Shown in pieces: positions 10,444 to 19,622 of a stretch of 64,000 nucleotides of DNA. The notes under the pieces were generated by a model. It did no database searches and was not told the DNA's origin. It saw only the letters and a program-made list of their open reading frames with translations. The position numbers and the translations under genes are program-made. Source of the DNA: Rhodospirillales bacterium (lineage in GTDB: Bacteria > Pseudomonadota > Alphaproteobacteria > Rhodospirillales > Magnetospirillaceae); assembly GCA_014379805.1 (NCBI GenBank), contig JACMLB010000038.1:17477-81476 (forward strand), in the 5' to 3' direction. Within the stretch, counting starts at the first letter, position 1. Every line of letters starts with the position of its first letter.

Positions 10444-11565
10444 TCAGATGAAGTTGAGATGTTGCGGAGGCGCGGCTTCCGGTTCGTTCAGGGTGATCAG
10501 ACCCTTGCGGTGCGCATCCAACGTCTCGTTCACCTTGTGCTGCAGGCACAGCGATCCGCACATCTTCTGGGCGTTGAACTCGGGCGACGCCAGATAGTTC
10601 ATCACTTCCCAATAGCGGTCGCTGGCCCAGATATCCTTGAAGCGGGTTTCGCAGATATTGCCGATGTGGAACTTCTTGTAGCGTTCGTTGAACAGCATGC
10701 CGCACGGCGCCACCAAGCCGGAACCGGACATCTGGATCATGAACGGGGCGCCATAGCAGCGCTGATAGGACCGCTGGTTCTTGGCCTCGATCTTGGACCA
10801 TTTGACCACGACCTTGTAGTCGTCGTCGGACATGGCTTCCGCTTCACGCAGGGTGTCGTAAAGCTTCTGATAGCCGTCGTAATCCACGCCCAGATCGCCG
10901 TCTTCATTGTCCGAGCAATGCTTGATGACCAGATAATCGGGCCGCAATTCCTTGCCCAGGCGGGCCAGCGGCAGGATTTGGTCGGCATATTGCGGCATCA
11001 GCACCATCTGCAGGCCGATGGTGACCGGCAAATTGTTGCGCCGCTTGATCTCCACCATGTCGCGGATGTTCTGGCACACCCGGTCGAACCAGCTTTCCTT
11101 GACGCCCATGATCTCGGCGTAACGCTCACGCTCGCCCGCCGAGATGTTGACCCGCAGATAGGTCAGGTGGGGCAGGATTTCTTCCAGCTTGGCCCGGGTC
11201 AGGACGAAGCCGTTGGTGCCGGTGGCCATGGACAGGCCCAATTCGGACCCGCGCCGGATGGCGTCGACGAAGACCGGCGAGATGGAGCTTTCGCCGTCGG
11301 ACACCAGACTGATGCCCTTGACGCCGATCTCGGCGCAGTCCTCAAGGAACTCGTAGATGATGCGCTGGTTGATGACCTTGCGGTCGTTCTCCTGCAGCAT
11401 GGCGTAGCAATATTCGCAGCCGAAATTGCAGGCACGGGTCAGTGCCATGTCGATGGTGATGGGGGCGACGCGCTCGCCACGTTCCCAGGCTTGAACCCGG
11501 TCCATGTGCCACGCGATCTTGGTGCCGTCCAGAATCAACTGGGTATGTTCAACCATGCCGGTCAC
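10444..11565 (-). CDS. Radical SAM enzyme with SPASM/twitch domain
   Basis: CNFGCEYC (CxxxCxxC); C-terminal C...GLVAPC...IGNI...IW...CGSLC. GTG start overlaps upstream TGA; alternative ATG 11556. Confidence 0.92.
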   Translation of the reverse strand: MTGMVEHTQLILDGTKIAWHMDRVQAWERGERVAPITIDMALTRACNFGCEYCYAMLQENDRKVINQRIIYEFLEDCAEIGVKGISLVSDGESSISPVFVDAIRRGSELGLSMATGTNGFVLTRAKLEEILPHLTYLRVNISAGERERYAEIMGVKESWFDRVCQNIRDMVEIKRRNNLPVTIGLQMVLMPQYADQILPLARLGKELRPDYLVIKHCSDNEDGDLGVDYDGYQKLYDTLREAEAMSDDDYKVVVKWSKIEAKNQRSYQRCYGAPFMIQMSGSGLVAPCGMLFNERYKKFHIGNICETRFKDIWASDRYWEVMNYLASPEFNAQKMCGSLCLQHKVNETLDAHRKGLITLNEPEAAPPQHLNFI

Positions 11566-12722
11566 GGCTTTTCAGCTCCCTGTTCGCTCAGACGGCGAGT
11601 TTGATTGCTGTCTTTGAGTTCAGACAGGAACAGCTCTAACCGATCATCTACCCGCCGCTTGATGCAGCGCTCCAGGGCCACCAGCGCACGCGCCGCATCG
11701 GCCCCCAATTCGCCGCTTAGGGAAAGCACTACTCTGACGTGGTACTCGATGGCGCTGATGTCAATGAGCGCCAGCGGGAAACCGTCCGCCGCCAGGGCAT
11801 CGGTCAGCATGCGCCGGCGCGTGTCTTCGTCCGCCGCCATCCATGCCGGGCCGGGGCCGGGGTCGAAATCGTTGTGGATTTCGGCAAAGCCGGTGACGCG
11901 GCGGTATTCGGCCAACAGGTCGCGCAGCAGGGCCGAACCCAAGGCGAAGGCCGGGTCGGCGGCTTCGGGGGTGACGATGCCGGCGACGGGACGGTGCGCG
12001 ATATGGCCGCGCAGGGTGAATTCTACCCGGATCATGCCGTGATCGGCGGCTTCCAGCACCGGCAGGCCCATAACGGCCTGGGCCATGGCTTCGGCCAGAC
12101 CACGGGCTGCCGGGCTGCGGGCGCCATGATGGGCAACGGCGCGGATGATGTGGGTTTGCGGTTCGATCCAGGCATCCAGCACCAAGCCGTCACGCTGGGC
12201 GGTGACCTTGATGGCATTGGCAGGCGGGCAGACCGGAGCGGGAACCGCCGCCGCCAAAGCCGCAATGGCCGCGCTGTAAAGCGGGGCCAAATCCTGCGGC
12301 TGGAGCAGGGGGCGGGCAATGGCTGCCGCTGCGACGGCAGTATCCGCGGCGCGCTTGGCCTCAGTCCGGTTCACCGCCACGACTGTGGCAGCAGGGGCGC
12401 GCAATTCGGTGACGCTCAGGATGGCGCCCTGGCCCTCACGGGTCAGCACAACCCGGCCGCGTCCCGCCGCAGCGGCTTCGAAACCGGCGAAATCAAGGCT
12501 GGCCAGGGACTCGGCGCCAAGGCGCAGGGACAGCGCCGGGCAGCCCACGGTGGCGGCGGCTTCCATCAGGTTCAGCAGGCTGCGGGCGACGTCTTCGTCG
12601 GGCACCCACATGTCCAAATAGTCGGTATGGAAGCCGAAGCTCCGCAGATTATCCACCAGCCCGGTATTGTAGCGGGCCACGAGGTCGTCGTAGTCGAGAT
12701 GCGACGGCGTATCCTCAGTCAA
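11562..12722 (-). CDS. Hypothetical protein with degenerate IscU/NifU-like segments
   Basis: Coding-like ORF coupled to the radical SAM gene. Likely TTG start at 12722 after AAAGGG (track start 12752). Fold similarity judged by eye. Confidence 0.6.
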   Translation of the reverse strand: MTEDTPSHLDYDDLVARYNTGLVDNLRSFGFHTDYLDMWVPDEDVARSLLNLMEAAATVGCPALSLRLGAESLASLDFAGFEAAAAGRGRVVLTREGQGAILSVTELRAPAATVVAVNRTEAKRAADTAVAAAAIARPLLQPQDLAPLYSAAIAALAAAVPAPVCPPANAIKVTAQRDGLVLDAWIEPQTHIIRAVAHHGARSPAARGLAEAMAQAVMGLPVLEAADHGMIRVEFTLRGHIAHRPVAGIVTPEAADPAFALGSALLRDLLAEYRRVTGFAEIHNDFDPGPGPAWMAADEDTRRRMLTDALAADGFPLALIDISAIEYHVRVVLSLSGELGADAARALVALERCIKRRVDDRLELFLSELKDSNQTRRLSEQGAEKP

Positions 12723-12749
12723 CAACGAACCCTTTCCACACAGTGGCGT

Positions 12750-12776
12750 CACGGGGGCCGCAGGCGGCCTCCCGTG
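12750..12776 (-). other. GC-rich intergenic hairpin
   Basis: CACGGGGGCCG-cagg-CGGCCTCCCGTG, one bulge, no U-tract on the minus strand. Confidence 0.5.
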
Positions 12777-12790
12777 TGCTGCCGCGATAT

Positions 12791-13675
12791 TTAGATCTTG
12801 AGGCGCCCACGAATGCGGGAAACCAGCTCGTTGGTCAGGTCCTTCATGGAAATCCGGTGAAGCAGGCGGTCCTTGAGCGCCTCGATTTCCCCGCGATTGC
12901 TTTCCACCAGACCGCGCTTGCCCATCACCGTGGTGCCGTCGATGCAGTAGGAATACCGGCCGATGGCGGCATCGGTCAGTTCGTCGGCATAGGTGCCCTG
13001 GACCGGCAGGTTGAAGGGCGCGTCGGAACGCTTGCGCAGCAGCACTGCCAGATTCAGGTGGGCGCGGTTGAGGTCAAGCGCCTCAAGCAGGCGGCGCTCC
13101 CACGGGATGAAGTGAAGGCGGCCGCGGTCCACATTGACCCACATGCCCAGGATCTCGTAGTCGTTATGCCGGGCCAGCGCCTTGTACATGTTGGGTTGCA
13201 CGTTCACGAAGCCGTGGTCCACGTAATTCTGGAACGGCATGTGATGGAACATCAGGCCGCCGGGCTTGGTCCAGTCGTGCACGGCCTTGAAGCCGTTGGC
13301 AACATTGACGGTGTGCTCGATGGTGCCCTGATTGGTGACGAAGTCGTAGGTGCCCTTCTCGTTGTCGGGCACCGTGTCGAAATTCAGGTCGAAGGCCTTG
13401 CTGCCGCCCTGGCCGTTGACGTCGACGCTGGTATAGGCAAAGCCCGCCCGCTCGAACACCTTGCGGGCCGGGGCGCTATGCCATGACAGCAGTTCTTCCT
13501 TGGTCGGCAGCGGCGCCTTCATCATGGCGAAGAAGTCGGCCATGCCTTCGGGATTGTCGTGGTCCTGGAGCGAGACCTCTTGCGATCCCAGTTCAAGGAT
13601 GGTGCGGACGTTCGCCAATTCGCCACGGCGGGCGATCTCGGTGAACAGCGCGAACGAACTGACATGGTATCCCAC
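12791..13675 (-). CDS. Class I SAM-dependent methyltransferase
   Basis: ILELGSQ, YTSVDVNG, YDFVTNQGTIEH, KPGG; GTG start after TAAGGGG. Confidence 0.75.
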   Translation of the reverse strand: MGYHVSSFALFTEIARRGELANVRTILELGSQEVSLQDHDNPEGMADFFAMMKAPLPTKEELLSWHSAPARKVFERAGFAYTSVDVNGQGGSKAFDLNFDTVPDNEKGTYDFVTNQGTIEHTVNVANGFKAVHDWTKPGGLMFHHMPFQNYVDHGFVNVQPNMYKALARHNDYEILGMWVNVDRGRLHFIPWERRLLEALDLNRAHLNLAVLLRKRSDAPFNLPVQGTYADELTDAAIGRYSYCIDGTTVMGKRGLVESNRGEIEALKDRLLHRISMKDLTNELVSRIRGRLKI

Positions 13676-13737
13676 GGCGACCCCTTACGATTTGCAGGCT
13701 GGCGGCGCAGCCCAGGAATTAGAATGGCCCGACGAGA

Positions 13738-14838
13738 TCAGGCGTAAAAGCCGTTGATGGCATCGGCCACGGTATCGATGTCGGCATCGGTCAGGAACTG
13801 ATTGATCGGCAGCGACAAGATGCGGCTGGCCTGCGCCTCGGTCACCGGGAACGAACCGGCTCCGTGGCCCAAAGAGTGGGCGGCGGGCTGCAGGTGGATG
13901 GGAATCGGATAGTGGATGGCGGTACCGATGCCCTTGGCGGTCAAATAGGCCTGCAATTCGTCGCGGCGGTCCACTTGCACCACGAAGGTGTGGAAGGCGT
14001 TGAACTGCCCCGGCTCGGTGGGCGGCACGAAGACGAAGGCCGGGTTCAGGCGTTCGGTATAACGCGCGGCATTGTGCCGACGTTTGGCGACCACGTCGTC
14101 CAGCCCGGTCAGACGATGCAGCAGCACCGCCGCCTGCACGTTGTCCAAACGCGATACCACGCCCCATTCGACCACGGTGTTGCGGTCCATCAGGCCGTTA
14201 TTGCGCAAGCGCCGCAGCCGAGCCGCCAGGGCGTCGTCATTGGTGCCGACAAAACCGGCGTCGCCCATGGCGTTGAGGTTCTTCAGCGGATGGGCCGAGA
14301 AACAGCCCACCGTGCCGATGGCGCCGGCGGAACGGCCGTTCAGGCGCGCGCCCATGGCTTGGGCGGCATCTTCGATCACCGCCAGACCATGACGGCCGGC
14401 AATCTCCATGATGGCATCCATGGCGGCGATGCGGCCGGTCAGATGCACCGGCATGATGGCCTTGGTGCGCGGCGTGATGGCGCGCTCGATGGCAGCCGGG
14501 TCCATATTCTGGTCGGGCAGCACGTCGGCGAACACCGGCGTGGCCCCGGCGAAGATGATGGCGGCGGTCGAGGCGACGAAGGAATTGGGCGGCGTGATGA
14601 CCTCATCGCCCGGACCGATGTCCAGCGCCCGCAAGCTCAGGATCAGCGCATCGGTTCCCGAGGCGACGCCGATGATGTGGGCGACGCCGCAATAGGTTTC
14701 CGCCGCCTGCTCGAATTGCTCGACCAGCGGCCCGCCCACCCATTGACCGCTGGCCAGCGCCGCCTCGACGGCGGGCGCCAGCACATGGCGTTCTTCGGCC
14801 CATTGGGTGGCCAGATTAACGTAGGGAACCGATCGCAT
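13738..14838 (-). CDS. DegT/DnrJ/EryC1/StrS PLP sugar aminotransferase
   Basis: SGTDAL, IEDAAQ, FSAHPLKNL (PLP Lys), IHYPIPIHLQ. Confidence 0.93.
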   Translation of the reverse strand: MRSVPYVNLATQWAEERHVLAPAVEAALASGQWVGGPLVEQFEQAAETYCGVAHIIGVASGTDALILSLRALDIGPGDEVITPPNSFVASTAAIIFAGATPVFADVLPDQNMDPAAIERAITPRTKAIMPVHLTGRIAAMDAIMEIAGRHGLAVIEDAAQAMGARLNGRSAGAIGTVGCFSAHPLKNLNAMGDAGFVGTNDDALAARLRRLRNNGLMDRNTVVEWGVVSRLDNVQAAVLLHRLTGLDDVVAKRRHNAARYTERLNPAFVFVPPTEPGQFNAFHTFVVQVDRRDELQAYLTAKGIGTAIHYPIPIHLQPAAHSLGHGAGSFPVTEAQASRILSLPINQFLTDADIDTVADAINGFYA

Positions 14839-14842
14839 GGGC

Positions 14843-15946
14843 TTAGCCTTGCCGGTAGAATTCAGTGACCGTCTGGATCACCCAATCCATCTCGGCCTTG
14901 CCCAGATGCTGGTCACACGGGAAGGTGATGATCTCGGTGGTGTGGCGGTCGGTCACCGGGAAATCGCCCGGCTTGTAGCCCAGGAACTTCAGGCCGTCCT
15001 GCTGGTACAGCGGGACCGGGTAATGGACCTTGGCCTCGATATCGCGCTCGACGCAATAGCGCAGCAGCTCGTCGCGCTTCTCGGCGAAGATCACGTACAG
15101 ATGATAGACGATCTGCATGTCGGGCCGGCGCGGCGGGATACGGATGCCGGGAATCTTGCCCAGATGCTCGTCGTAATAGGCGGCATTGGCGATGCGCTGG
15201 GCGGCAATGCTTTCCGTCTGCGGAATCAGCCAATTGCCCACCACGGCCTGAATGGTGTCCAGGCGCGAATTATAGCCCAGCACTTCGATTTCATCGCGGT
15301 TGCGCATGCCGTGATTGCGCAGCAGACGCAGCTGGTGGTCCAGCTTGTCGTCGTCGGTGACGATGACGCCGCCATCGGACCAGACGTTCAGATTCTTCAG
15401 GGGATGCAGCGAGAACGCGCCCGCATTGCCCCAGGTGCCGGCATTGCGGCCGTTCTGAGCGCCCAGAATGGACTGGCAAGCATCTTCCACGATGGGCAGG
15501 CCGTGCTTGTCGGCGATGGGCTTCAACTTGACCATGTCGGTCATGTAGCCGGTGAAGTGCACCGGCACGATGGCCTTGGTCTTGGGCGTGATGGCCGCCT
15601 CGACCTGATCCACGTTCATGCAGAAGGTGTCGTCGCAATCCACGAAGACCGGACGGGCGCCGATTTCGTTGATGGCACCCACGGTGGCGATGAAGGTGTT
15701 GGCGGCGGTGATGACCTCGTCGCCATGACCGATGCCCAGCGCCTTCAACGACAGCTTGATGGCGTCGGTGCCCGAGCCCACGCCGATGGCGTGCTTGGTG
15801 CCGATCAGCTTGGCGAACCGGTTTTCGAACTCGGTCAAAGGCTTGCCCAGGGTGAAGTCCCCGGTCGGCACAAAGGCTTTCAGTTCAGCCCACAGGTCGT
15901 CGGCATTGGCGAATTGTTGCGGCAGATAAGAGTAGCGGACCTTCAT
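14843..15946 (-). CDS. DegT/DnrJ/EryC1/StrS PLP sugar aminotransferase (second paralog)
   Basis: SGTDAI, VEDACQ, FSLHPLKNL, GYNSRLD, VHYPVPL. Confidence 0.93.
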   Translation of the reverse strand: MKVRYSYLPQQFANADDLWAELKAFVPTGDFTLGKPLTEFENRFAKLIGTKHAIGVGSGTDAIKLSLKALGIGHGDEVITAANTFIATVGAINEIGARPVFVDCDDTFCMNVDQVEAAITPKTKAIVPVHFTGYMTDMVKLKPIADKHGLPIVEDACQSILGAQNGRNAGTWGNAGAFSLHPLKNLNVWSDGGVIVTDDDKLDHQLRLLRNHGMRNRDEIEVLGYNSRLDTIQAVVGNWLIPQTESIAAQRIANAAYYDEHLGKIPGIRIPPRRPDMQIVYHLYVIFAEKRDELLRYCVERDIEAKVHYPVPLYQQDGLKFLGYKPGDFPVTDRHTTEIITFPCDQHLGKAEMDWVIQTVTEFYRQG

Positions 15947-15964
15947 GGGACGAACCTCGAGCCT

Positions 15965-17047
15965 TTAGAACGGGCCTTGGAAAGAGGGATGGGGAACGTC
16001 GAAGGGCAGCGCCTCGCGTTCCTCGGCCAAACGGTTGTGGATGGCGGTGATGCGCGCCTGATCCAGCCCCGCCAACTCCGCCAGCGCCTGGGCGATGTCG
16101 GGCGAGCGCGGATAGAACGCGGCGGCCAGCGAGCGCGAGCTGGGCGTGGGATGCTCGGGCAGGCCGATGCGCCGGGGCGCCGCCTTCATGGTCAGGCAGC
16201 AGCGTTCCATCACGCGGGCGACGATTTCGGCGCCCACGCCATAGGTGGCGAAGCCGGTATCCACGGTCAGCAGACGGCCCGTGCGCTTCACCGACTCGAC
16301 GATGGGGTCCACGTTCAGCGGGCGCACCACGCGCAGATCGAAATGCTCGACCGCCACGCCTTCGGCGGCCAAAGCCTCGACCGCGCGGATGGTTTCCAGG
16401 GTCATGTACGAATTGCTGACCACGGTGACGGCGTCACCCTGGGTCAGGCGGGCCGGACCGTCCAGGGGCAGCGCGGCCCAGCCTTCCGGCACATGGCCCT
16501 TCACGTAATGCATCCAGCGATGTTCGATGAACACCACCGGGCTGTCGTCGGTGATGGCCGACAGCAGCAAGCCCTTGGCATCATGGGCCGAGGCGGGCAT
16601 GACCACCTTCAGGCCGGGGATGTGGGCGAACAGGGTTTCCAGGCTTTGCGAATGGGCGGGACCCTGGCCCCAGCCGCGTCCGACGATCAGGCGCACCACG
16701 ATGGGCGCCTTATGGGCACCGTTGGACACGTAATGCATCTTGGCGGCGTTGTTGACCAATTGCTCCATGGTCAACAGGGCGAACTCGACGCGCTGGTGCA
16801 CGATGATGGGGCGCAGGCCGTTCATGGCGGCGCCGATGGCCATGCCGGTAAAGCCGTTCTCGGCGATGGACATTTCCATGACCCGCGCCGGGCCATACTT
16901 TTCCATCAACTGGTCGGTGGTGCCGAAGATGGTCTTGGGGTCGGCGATGCCCTCACCCATGATGATGACAGCCGGATCGGCGGCCATGGCCAAATCGGTG
17001 GCCTCACGGATGGCTTGGGCCGCGCTGATGACTCGCTGCTCAGGCAT
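15965..17047 (-). CDS. TPP-dependent E1 beta-like subunit
   Basis: IAENGFTG, GQGPAHSQ, SAHDAKGLL, PVVFIEH. Start ATG 17047 overlaps the E1 alpha stop. Confidence 0.9.
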   Translation of the reverse strand: MPEQRVISAAQAIREATDLAMAADPAVIIMGEGIADPKTIFGTTDQLMEKYGPARVMEMSIAENGFTGMAIGAAMNGLRPIIVHQRVEFALLTMEQLVNNAAKMHYVSNGAHKAPIVVRLIVGRGWGQGPAHSQSLETLFAHIPGLKVVMPASAHDAKGLLLSAITDDSPVVFIEHRWMHYVKGHVPEGWAALPLDGPARLTQGDAVTVVSNSYMTLETIRAVEALAAEGVAVEHFDLRVVRPLNVDPIVESVKRTGRLLTVDTGFATYGVGAEIVARVMERCCLTMKAAPRRIGLPEHPTPSSRSLAAAFYPRSPDIAQALAELAGLDQARITAIHNRLAEEREALPFDVPHPSFQGPF

Positions 17048-18026
17048 AGACACGGTCCGCCACGGTTTTGGGGTCGGGGAAGGGCGAGGCCTTGGCGAAG
17101 GCGAAAGCCTCGGCCATTTCGGCTTCGATCTCGGCATTGATGGCAGCCTTGCCGGCCTCGGTCAGCACGCCGTCGGCAACCAGCTTGGCGCCGAAGGTGT
17201 CCACCGGGCAGCGCGCCCGCCATGCGTCGACCTCGGCCATGGGACGATAGCCCAAATCGTTGTCGTAATTGGGTCCGCAATGCTCACGCCAGCGATAGGT
17301 GTCGGCGACGATCAGGGTCGGTCCACCGCCGCTGCGGGCACGGGCCACCGCCTGGGCGGTGACGGCCTGGACCGCTTCCACGTCGTTGCCATCCACCGAT
17401 GCCGACGGCATGGCGTAAGCCTTCGCCATGTCGGTCAGCGGGCGCACCGGCTGGCGGTCGGCCAAGCCAATATAACAGGAGTACGAATTGTTCTCGATGA
17501 AGAACACCACCGGCACCTTGTGCACGGCGGCCAGGTTCATGCTCTCGTGGAACACGCCTTCCTCGGTGGCGCCGTCGCCTAAGTAGACGATGCACACCCG
17601 GTCCTGGCCGAAATGGCGATAGGCCAAGGCGGCGCCCACGCCCAACGGCACGAAGCTGGCGACGATGGGCACGCTGGCCAGCATGCCGACGGAATCGTCG
17701 AACAGATGCATGGAGCCGCCGCGGCCGCCGCAACAGCCATCCACGCGGCCATAAATCTCGGCCAGCATGGCTTTCAGATTGCCGCCCTTGGCCATGTAAT
17801 GGCCGTGGCCGCGATGGCTGCTGATGATCTGGTCGTCGTTGCGCAACGCCGCGCACGACCCCACGGCGGTCGCTTCCTGGCCGATGGACAAGTGGACCGG
17901 ACAGCGCATTTCCTGCTCGGAATAGCGCTTGGCGATTTCTTCTTCCACCAGACGGATGCGCTGCATGGACCGGTAAAGGTCCAGGCGCACGGCGTCTTTC
18001 TGGGCAGCCAACGCGGCTTCCGTCAT
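17040..18026 (-). CDS. TPP-dependent E1 alpha-like subunit
   Basis: HLSIGQEA, HRGHGH, GRGGSMH, GDGATEEG...ENN TPP motif. Start ATG 18026 (ATGA overlap). Confidence 0.92.
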   Translation of the reverse strand: MTEAALAAQKDAVRLDLYRSMQRIRLVEEEIAKRYSEQEMRCPVHLSIGQEATAVGSCAALRNDDQIISSHRGHGHYMAKGGNLKAMLAEIYGRVDGCCGGRGGSMHLFDDSVGMLASVPIVASFVPLGVGAALAYRHFGQDRVCIVYLGDGATEEGVFHESMNLAAVHKVPVVFFIENNSYSCYIGLADRQPVRPLTDMAKAYAMPSASVDGNDVEAVQAVTAQAVARARSGGGPTLIVADTYRWREHCGPNYDNDLGYRPMAEVDAWRARCPVDTFGAKLVADGVLTEAGKAAINAEIEAEMAEAFAFAKASPFPDPKTVADRVYA

Positions 18027-19021
18027 GCCAGTTTCACCTGCTGCATGCGCTTGATGTTGTAATACATGGGGTTGTTCATGGGGTCTTGGAACTTGCCGGC
18101 GTCGAAGGCGGCCTTCAGATCGCGCACCGCGTCCTCGATGGTGTGCTTGGGCGTGAAGCCCAGCTCGCGGGTGATTTTGGCCGACGACACCTGATAGGAC
18201 CGCAGATCGTTGGTCTCTTCCACGTCGATGGCCACGTCGCCCACCACCGAGCGGGTCATCTCGGCCAATTGCATGAGCGAGTGGTTCTCGTAGCCGGCAT
18301 TGTAGATCTTGCCGTCGATTTGCTCGCCGGGCAGCTGCAGGCACAGCAGGTACAGATCGGTCATGTCGCCGATGTGGATGTTGGGGCGCAGCTGGCTGCC
18401 GCCGAACACCTTCATGCGGCCATTGTTGACGGCGTGGTTGGTCAGGATGTTGACGATCACGTCCAGGCGCTGGCGCGGGCCATAGCCGCACACGGTGGCC
18501 GGGCGGATGGTCAGGGTGTGGAAGCCGGGCTCGCGCTCTTCCTCAAGCACTTCTTCGCACATCATCTTGAACTTGGAATAATCGGTCAGCGGGTCCAGGG
18601 GCAGGTCCTCGGTGACCTGGGGGTCGCTCTTGATGCCGTAGACCGACGACGACGACGCATAGATGAAGCGGGTGGCGCCCACCTTCTTCGCCGCTTTGAC
18701 CAGCGGGCGGAAGGCGTCGAAATTGATGGACTTGCCAAGATCGGGGTTCAGCTCGAACGACGGGTCGTTGGAGATGCAGGCAAGGTGGATGACGGCGTTG
18801 CAGCCCTCCATGGCCTTGGCCACCACCGCCGGATCGCGCATGTCGCCCTTGACCTCGATAAGGTTGGGGTTGCTGCGATACTCGGCGAACAAATCCTCGC
18901 CATACAGATAGAGGTCGAGAACGGTGACGCGATGGCCTTCAGCCAGCAGCTTGGGAATCAGCACCGAGCCGACATAGCCGGCGCCACCGGTCACCAAAAC
19001 GTTCCACAACTTCTTGGTCAT
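18023..19021 (-). CDS. NAD-dependent epimerase/dehydratase (extended SDR)
   Basis: TGGAGYVGS, ASSSSVYG, YSKFK. Confidence 0.92.
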   Translation of the reverse strand: MTKKLWNVLVTGGAGYVGSVLIPKLLAEGHRVTVLDLYLYGEDLFAEYRSNPNLIEVKGDMRDPAVVAKAMEGCNAVIHLACISNDPSFELNPDLGKSINFDAFRPLVKAAKKVGATRFIYASSSSVYGIKSDPQVTEDLPLDPLTDYSKFKMMCEEVLEEEREPGFHTLTIRPATVCGYGPRQRLDVIVNILTNHAVNNGRMKVFGGSQLRPNIHIGDMTDLYLLCLQLPGEQIDGKIYNAGYENHSLMQLAEMTRSVVGDVAIDVEETNDLRSYQVSSAKITRELGFTPKHTIEDAVRDLKAAFDAGKFQDPMNNPMYYNIKRMQQVKLA

Positions 19022-19027
19022 GCGGTC

Positions 19028-19615
19028 CTACCGTTCCTTATGTGCGGGCAGCCAGCCCAGCTTGAGATCGACGATGGCGTGCAGCAGGGTCTGATGGCCC
19101 AGCTCCACGAAACCATACTCGCCCGAAGGCAGATAAAGATTAAGTTCGCCGGCGCTGCGCAGCGGATTGTCGGCGGTAAAGCCCGACAGGGTCAGCGCCC
19201 GGATGCCGTTTGCCCGCGCGAATGTCACGGCGTTCAGGATATTGGCCGAGCGGCCCGAACTGGAGATGGCGACCAGCAGATCGCCGGCGCGGCCATGGAA
19301 CTCGATCTGCTTGGCGAAGACGTGCTCGAAGCCGTAATCGTTGCCCAGGCAGGTCAGCGCGGCGCCGTCGTTGAAGGCCATGGCCCGTAACCCGCCATTC
19401 TTGCAATAGTCGATGGCCGAATGACTGGCGATGCCGGCTGAGCCGCCATTGCCGATGATTATCAGCTTATTGCCGCGCTCATGGGTTTCCACCGCCCAGG
19501 CGATGGCCGTGGCGATCGCCTGATCCAGCGCCAGGGGCGTACCGCCGCCATCCGACGCTTCGGCACGGGCGGTGACCTCCGCCAAGGTGCGCAGGTATGA
19601 AGCGAGGACGGTCAC
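19028..19615 (-). CDS. SIS-domain sugar-phosphate isomerase, GmhA-like
   Basis: GNGGSAGIASH, NDYG, ISSSGRSANI, VELGH. Confidence 0.88.
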   Translation of the reverse strand: MTVLASYLRTLAEVTARAEASDGGGTPLALDQAIATAIAWAVETHERGNKLIIIGNGGSAGIASHSAIDYCKNGGLRAMAFNDGAALTCLGNDYGFEHVFAKQIEFHGRAGDLLVAISSSGRSANILNAVTFARANGIRALTLSGFTADNPLRSAGELNLYLPSGEYGFVELGHQTLLHAIVDLKLGWLPAHKER

Positions 19616-19622
19616 GGCACTC

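Noticed and set aside
14837-17140. Long plus-strand ORF (767 aa) and similar ones such as 3281-4825, 19572-21191, 23607-25202, 43866-45725, 49354-51099
   Set aside because: Antisense shadows of motif-bearing minus-strand genes, expected from high-GC codon bias; no recognisable motifs.
15965-18026. Housekeeping pyruvate or acetoin dehydrogenase
   Set aside because: No E2/E3 or lipoyl gene nearby, and the pair is coupled to sugar-pathway genes.
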